DNA of 64,000 nucleotides from Alphaproteobacteria bacterium 43-37 (GTDB lineage Bacteria; Pseudomonadota; Alphaproteobacteria; 43-37): NCBI GenBank assembly GCA_001897475.1, contig MKSY01000016.1, positions 1,177 to 65,176 of the forward strand, read 5' to 3'. Shown piece by piece: positions 59,178 to 64,000 of this stretch (position 1 is its first letter; each line of letters starts with the position of its first letter). The notes under the pieces were generated by a model. It saw only the letters and a program-made list of their open reading frames with translations, ran no database searches and was not told where the DNA came from. The position numbers and the translations under genes were made by a program.

Positions 59178-60545
59178 ATGCATAAGCTGACACCATATCC
59201 AACCGGTTCAATTAGAGAGGTTGCCACAGTTGCCCTCCCACTCATGATCAGCGCGTTAAGCATAAACTTGATGATGGCATTGAATCGCTATAACCTTGCT
59301 CATTATTCTATTGATGCCGTAAACGCCGCAGCATTTGTAGATATGCTTTGCTTTGTTTTCCATTTCAGCTTAATGGGAATCACAGCCATTGCTGAAGTCT
59401 TTGCCGGGCAATATTATGGTTCATCATCTTATGAAAATGTACCTATTGCCGTTTGGCAAATGATCTGGCTCAGCCTTTTAACCGCTGTAATTTTCAGCAT
59501 TTTTGGAAATTATGGAGGGCACCTAGCCATCCCAGAGAACATTCAAAAGGACGCTCTCCCATATTTTAAATGGATGATGAGTTTCGTGTTTATGCACCCG
59601 CTAATTACCGCACTAGCATCATTCTTCATCGCTCAAGGCAAAAGCAAAATTATTTTCTGGACATCAATTTTATCTAATGTTTTTTGTTTTATGCTTTCCT
59701 ATCAATTGATTAATGGTGGCCCGATATCAGCCCCTTTGGGCGCTGAAGGAGCAGCCATTGCCACTGTCATTGCACAAACCGCACAAGCTATAACACTCTT
59801 TATAGTCTTTCTTTCCAAAAAGAACCGCCAAACTTACCACACGCACCATGCATATTTTAACCTCTATCATTTCAAAGAATGCATTAAAATAGGTGCGCCC
59901 AATGGCGTTAACTATGTTATTGAATATGGTGGATGGGCTTTGATCGCTGGAGTACTTACCATACGCGGCAAAGATTTTATGACTGTTCGAACAATCGCAC
60001 AGACACTCTTTATCCTCTTAGGATTTATTTCCAATGGCATACAAAAAACCATTATCGCTTTATGCTCAAACTTGATCGGTTCCAACCAACTGGAATTGGT
60101 TCATAAAACACTTCGATCTGCCACAATCTTTATGCTGCTTATTTCCATCACAACCATCATACCTCTTTGCATTAACATTGAATACATCGCAACCATATTC
60201 CTAGGGCTCAAGCTCCCATCAGATGTTTTGCATGAAGTCGCAAAAGCTGCTTATGGCATTTCGCTCTTCTTTATTCTAGATTCGCTAGCCTGGATCTTTA
60301 TTGCAACCTTAACATCCGGTGGAGATACTCGCTTTGTCATGCTCATGAACACTTCCGCCTCTTGGACTTGCGTAGTCATTCCTGGCTACATATGGTTGCG
60401 ATATTTGCCGTGCGACCCTTCTTCACTTTGGGTGCACCTATCGCCTCTTTATGCTTTCGTTAACTTAACGGGACTCTATCTACGGTATCGTTCTAAGAAA
60501 TGGCAAAACAAGATTGTCGATGCCAATTTTGGGAATTATGCTTAA
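59178..60545 (+). CDS. MATE family efflux transporter
   Basis: 12-TM protein with two homologous halves. The start is the ATG at 59178 (MHKLTPYP), after AGGATAAGGA. The ORF-track start at 59115 overlaps the upstream gene. Confidence 0.8.
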   Translation: MHKLTPYPTGSIREVATVALPLMISALSINLMMALNRYNLAHYSIDAVNAAAFVDMLCFVFHFSLMGITAIAEVFAGQYYGSSSYENVPIAVWQMIWLSLLTAVIFSIFGNYGGHLAIPENIQKDALPYFKWMMSFVFMHPLITALASFFIAQGKSKIIFWTSILSNVFCFMLSYQLINGGPISAPLGAEGAAIATVIAQTAQAITLFIVFLSKKNRQTYHTHHAYFNLYHFKECIKIGAPNGVNYVIEYGGWALIAGVLTIRGKDFMTVRTIAQTLFILLGFISNGIQKTIIALCSNLIGSNQLELVHKTLRSATIFMLLISITTIIPLCINIEYIATIFLGLKLPSDVLHEVAKAAYGISLFFILDSLAWIFIATLTSGGDTRFVMLMNTSASWTCVVIPGYIWLRYLPCDPSSLWVHLSPLYAFVNLTGLYLRYRSKKWQNKIVDANFGNYA

Positions 60546-60652
60546 GCATTTGCTTTAGGCTTATTTTGGTATAATTATGATTATCAGAACTCAGCTGATG
60601 ATATTATTTTAATAATCAATCAACTGCCGTAGTTTATGAATGGAGAATAGAC

Positions 60653-61072
60653 ATGAAGACCAAGACCATTTTAATGATAGTTGCCACTTTGCTACCGACG
60701 TTAGCTTCAGCCACGCAAACAAATGCTTTGCGGCTCTCTCAAGTTCCTTTTCAAGACTTGATTCACCCTGAACGTTTAGCTGACCGTTTGGCAACTCCTA
60801 CTGGACAAGCTTTATTTCAAACAGCAGATGCAGAGCAGAGATCTCAGCTGGTGGCCGCTTTGCTGGAAGATGTGAAGAATGCAGATCCTCTGGTAGCCGC
60901 CAAAGCTAACTTTGACCTTGGAGCTGCCGCATTCTTTGGGATTGGCCTTGAGCAAAATAATGCTACGGCTATTAAGCATTTTGGCAGGAGCTATGATCTT
61001 AAGCCAGGCGTCTTTGAAGCAGCTGCTTCTAACGCTGACTGGATCAAGTGGGGGCCTATCCAGAGGAAATAG
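60653..61072 (+). CDS. Hypothetical secreted protein (signal peptide), moderately GC-rich
   Basis: 139 aa. Signal peptide ILMIVATLLPTLASATQ. Ala-rich helical repeats (AAAFFGIGLEQNNATAIKHFG) suggest a Sel1/TPR-like fold; this is weak. Confidence 0.45.
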   Translation: MKTKTILMIVATLLPTLASATQTNALRLSQVPFQDLIHPERLADRLATPTGQALFQTADAEQRSQLVAALLEDVKNADPLVAAKANFDLGAAAFFGIGLEQNNATAIKHFGRSYDLKPGVFEAAASNADWIKWGPIQRK

Positions 61073-61082
61073 TAGCTAAACT

Positions 61083-61100
61083 GTCTCTCAAATGAGAGAC
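61083..61100. terminator. Bidirectional hairpin between convergent genes
   Basis: GTCTCTC-AAAT-GAGAGAC, a perfect 7-bp stem, flanked by T/A runs. Confidence 0.5.
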
Positions 61101-61108
61101 TTTAAAAC

Positions 61109-62434
61109 CTAAATCCCCCATACGAAGAGTGGCTTTGGTGTATCTTTCAGAGTGCTCAAATGAATTAAACACCAAACCAAGGCGTCCACCCGATCGGGGG
61201 AGCGCTCCTTATAATCCCCCGGAAAATTAATCATTTGCTCTTCCAGCTTTGGCAGTCGATGAACATGCGTCACCCGCCCTTGCTGATACAACATGGCAAT
61301 GGGTAATGCACGAGCAGCTTTGCTAGATGAGGCTCTGACGGCCTTGATTGCCTTTCGAAGCCCAGCCGCTCTCAATACATTGGCAATTAGCTCTCCACCC
61401 TGGTTTACCTCAACAACCACAGTTTCCACATTATAGCTATGGGCAGCATCCACCACCACACGGCTCCAATCTTGCACCTTGGCTTTTAAAGAAAGATCCT
61501 CAAGCACATAAAAATGCCCATCACGATCCATATACGCCACTATAATCCCCGTTTCATCACTATCCTCATCATGAGACATGGCTGGGTCTACAGCCAAAAC
61601 AACCCTTCCCACCGATAGATTTTGCAAACTCCCCATTATGCGTTTGGCCTGCTCAGAAGACGCATGCAAAATATCGTTTGGCTGCCAAAGCATTGCTTGA
61701 TTTTCTTCCACAATCTCTCCCATCAGTTCTTGTGCGCCTAAGCGCGTTTTCCCATATTTTTCTTTTACAGACCTTAAAAATTCACGTGATAAGTTCTGAC
61801 TATTATCAAACGTTGTACCACGAGTCACAACGCAATCATCGCGAGACATCAGTTTCTTGAGTGATGGAACAGGTTTGGGTGTTGTTGTGATTATAAGCCT
61901 TGGCTTAGTGCCTAAGCGTAATCCAAACAATAGCTGATCCAGCACTATATCTGGGTCATGGAATTTAGCAAACTCGTCAATCCAAGCGGCATCAAACTGG
62001 GGCCCTCTTAGTTGTTCAGGGTTTTCAGCGCTAAACAGCTGGGCCATAGCACCATGCTTCCAAACAAGTTGACGCTTGCTTGGCTCATACGCAGGCTTAT
62101 CGTGTGGATGGTGGACAGCAAGTATACCACTTTCACCCTCCACCATCACCTGTCGTGTTTCAGCGTGTGTATGGCCAATAAGAGCAATCCGACGGTACCC
62201 TTTTTTAACCCAGTAACGCACAGCTTCTGCGCCAGTACGCGTTTTTCCAAAGCCTCTACCAGCCAAGATAAGCCAGAAAAGCCAATTTCCCTTTGGTATT
62301 TTTTGGTTATCACGAGCCTGCTTAAGCCAATTATAGCGATCCTTACTCCTTCTACGGCTGCTTTTTTCAAGCTCTAGCCCTTGAATCAATTGATCATAGA
62401 TTGTTATTTTTGATATAAACTCACTCATATTCAC
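61109..62434 (-). CDS. Phage terminase large subunit-like protein (orphan; GTA/phage-type)
   Basis: 441 aa. Walker A-like LILAGRGFGKTRTGAE. ATPase and nuclease pattern (AAWIDEFAKF, VLAVDPAMSHDEDSDETGI) typical of terminase large subunits. No other phage structural genes in the window. Confidence 0.8.
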   Translation of the reverse strand: MNMSEFISKITIYDQLIQGLELEKSSRRRSKDRYNWLKQARDNQKIPKGNWLFWLILAGRGFGKTRTGAEAVRYWVKKGYRRIALIGHTHAETRQVMVEGESGILAVHHPHDKPAYEPSKRQLVWKHGAMAQLFSAENPEQLRGPQFDAAWIDEFAKFHDPDIVLDQLLFGLRLGTKPRLIITTTPKPVPSLKKLMSRDDCVVTRGTTFDNSQNLSREFLRSVKEKYGKTRLGAQELMGEIVEENQAMLWQPNDILHASSEQAKRIMGSLQNLSVGRVVLAVDPAMSHDEDSDETGIIVAYMDRDGHFYVLEDLSLKAKVQDWSRVVVDAAHSYNVETVVVEVNQGGELIANVLRAAGLRKAIKAVRASSSKAARALPIAMLYQQGRVTHVHRLPKLEEQMINFPGDYKERSPDRVDALVWCLIHLSTLKDTPKPLFVWGI

Positions 62435-62548
62435 CTCTCATTCATTATGACAAAAGCCTTCATGCGCTAACAAAACGAATGTTTTCTTTGATCAGCACAT
62501 AAAAGCTCTTGCAGGATTATAAGAAATTGTTTAGGTTCTCACGAAGAT

Positions 62549-62625
62549 GCGCCCGTAGCTCAATTGGATAGAGCATCTGACTACGGATCAGAAGGTTAGG
62601 AGTTCGAATCTTCTCGGGCGCGCCA
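62549..62625 (+). tRNA. tRNA-Arg (anticodon ACG)
   Basis: GCGCCCGTAGCTCAATTGGATAGAGCATCTGACTACGGATCAGAAGGTTAGGAGTTCGAATCTTCTCGGGCGCGCCA. Cloverleaf with a 7-bp acceptor stem, anticodon ACG and an encoded CCA. Confidence 0.9.
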
Positions 62626-62711
62626 GAATATCAAAAATCAGATTTTATTTGTGATAAGCTTACTAATCGAATGGCCGTTCAATTAATAAGAAACTTTTGA
62701 CATTATCTATT

Positions 62712-63947
62712 CTAAGATAAAATAGCCTTAGGTTTATCAAGCATTTCTAGCACAAGAAGCATAGTCAGCATAAATGCCACCACAGCAAAAATGAATACGG
62801 CTACACTCATCACACCACCGCTTTTTGTCAGGTAATCACAAATTAAAGGAATAGGCGCCGTAAAAACGATTCGCCCAATACTGTCACTGACAGCAAGACC
62901 CGTAAACCGAACTTTTGATGGAAATCTAGAGTACAAAATCAAGTTGAGTGTTCCCCAACTCACGCCACAAATTATGGCCACAGCTAAAACAGCCATAAGG
63001 ATATAAAAGGTTTTTCCTGAAGCGAAAGCTGCCATAGATGGAAAAATAGCAACAATCATACCCAGCATATTAAATAATAAAATCTTCCTTACATCTTTGT
63101 TTTCAATAAATCGACCAACCAATGTCGAAACTATAAAGGAAATGAACAAACTTGATGAGACTATCCCCAAGCTTTCATGTATGGTCCAACCAAGGGTCCT
63201 AACGAAATAGAAATTAAAATATACAACAGTGAATACGGACGTCAGACCACAAAAACCTGAGATAAGAATGCTCTCTAGCATAGAAACCAAATGTTTTTTT
63301 AGAATATAAACAATGGGTGAATGGGGGCTAACATAAGCTTGAAACTCAGGACTTTCAGCCAACTTCATTCTTGCCCAAGAAACCACGAACCCTAATACAC
63401 CCCCCATAATAAATGGAACGCCCCATTGGGACTGAGATAAGTAATTGCTTGTTGATAAGAAAGACACAAAATTTGCCAGCAACGCACCAAGAAGCGTTGA
63501 AGCACCAAGCAAACCCGCTGATATGCCAAGTTTATTTACTTTCGAACTATGCTCTAGCGAATACACAACCGCCCCAGCTGTCTCGCCTCCCATCGATAGA
63601 CCTTGGCCAAGCCTACAAATAATGAGCATCATGGGCGAAAATATTCCAGCCTCTAAATATGGCGGGATAAATGGAATACACAGCGTAAAAACAGCCATAA
63701 GGAAGATGGGGAGACTGAAAGCTTTCTTCCGCCCATACCGATCTCCAATATACCCAAAGATAATGGCACCAAGAGGTCTTAAAATAAACGAAGCCGCATA
63801 AGCTAAAAGCGTAAGAGGCACGCCATACGACTCTGGGAAAAAATACGTAGCAAAAAATGGTGCAAAAGCGCCATATAAAGCAAAATCAAAAAACTCAAGT
63901 GTATTCCCAGCAAAACAAGCAATAACTACCTTGATATAGTTTTTCAT
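62712..63947 (-). CDS. MFS transporter (metabolite:H+ symporter, ProP/KgtP-like)
   Basis: 411 aa, 12 TM. MFS motif GYIGDRYGRKKAF in loop 2-3 and the N-terminus CFAGNTLEFFDFALYG. Confidence 0.85.
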   Translation of the reverse strand: MKNYIKVVIACFAGNTLEFFDFALYGAFAPFFATYFFPESYGVPLTLLAYAASFILRPLGAIIFGYIGDRYGRKKAFSLPIFLMAVFTLCIPFIPPYLEAGIFSPMMLIICRLGQGLSMGGETAGAVVYSLEHSSKVNKLGISAGLLGASTLLGALLANFVSFLSTSNYLSQSQWGVPFIMGGVLGFVVSWARMKLAESPEFQAYVSPHSPIVYILKKHLVSMLESILISGFCGLTSVFTVVYFNFYFVRTLGWTIHESLGIVSSSLFISFIVSTLVGRFIENKDVRKILLFNMLGMIVAIFPSMAAFASGKTFYILMAVLAVAIICGVSWGTLNLILYSRFPSKVRFTGLAVSDSIGRIVFTAPIPLICDYLTKSGGVMSVAVFIFAVVAFMLTMLLVLEMLDKPKAILS

Positions 63948-64000
63948 TTTAGCACCATATTCACTTCGCCATCTACAAACATACCTAAAATAGAAGAATA

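Noticed and set aside
1-64000. CRISPR arrays, rRNA genes, IS elements with terminal inverted repeats
   Set aside because: No spacer-repeat periodicity was seen, no rRNA-like conserved stretches, and no transposase ORFs. The only mobile-element traces are the integrase stub and the orphan terminase.

Overview
This is a low-GC alphaproteobacterial chromosome segment. It looks Rhizobiales-like and probably Bartonella-like (MipZ, HdaA-type Hda, a liu cluster, cydAB, reduced gene content). I cannot confirm the species without a database search. The window is mostly ordinary housekeeping genes. In order, these are gatB/gatA, cspA, hpf, a patatin-like lipase, thiE, metG, holB, tmk, cell-wall enzymes (DacA-like, RlpA, MltB-like), a UDP-glucose pathway (pgm/manB, ugd, galU), mipZ, cydAB, a leucine-catabolism cluster (methylcrotonyl-CoA carboxylase, hydratase, HMG-CoA lyase), lipA, lpdA, pepA, holC, ndk, hda, typA and trxA. 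The accessory content sits in four places. (1) A roughly 5.8 kb compositionally foreign islet lies at about 51.65-57.45 kb. It is bounded by tRNA-Ser(GGA), a 35-codon P4-type integrase stub and a composite intergenic repeat. It carries a 1487-aa GC-rich ORF with a signal peptide and a Pro/Ala-rich linker. Its C-terminal region has an OTU-like Cys box (DGDCGFTALG) and a downstream His box (THFNRL), so it is a candidate secreted OTU-like cysteine protease or deubiquitinase-type effector. It is paired with a divergent small secreted coiled-coil ORF. (2) There is a umuD-like gene with a 90-residue N-terminal extension and a umuC gene, split by an oppositely oriented LysR regulator. (3) There are three tandem AmpG-family permease paralogs. 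(4) An orphan phage terminase large subunit sits next to tRNA-Arg. A composite repeat family occurs at two loci (about 5.04-5.32 kb and 51.69-52.09 kb), with compensatory hairpin changes between the copies. Homopolymeric C tracts, an oxidoreductase whose FAD-binding motif lies upstream of its first ATG, and several terminators are also noted. No CRISPR array or rRNA was seen.
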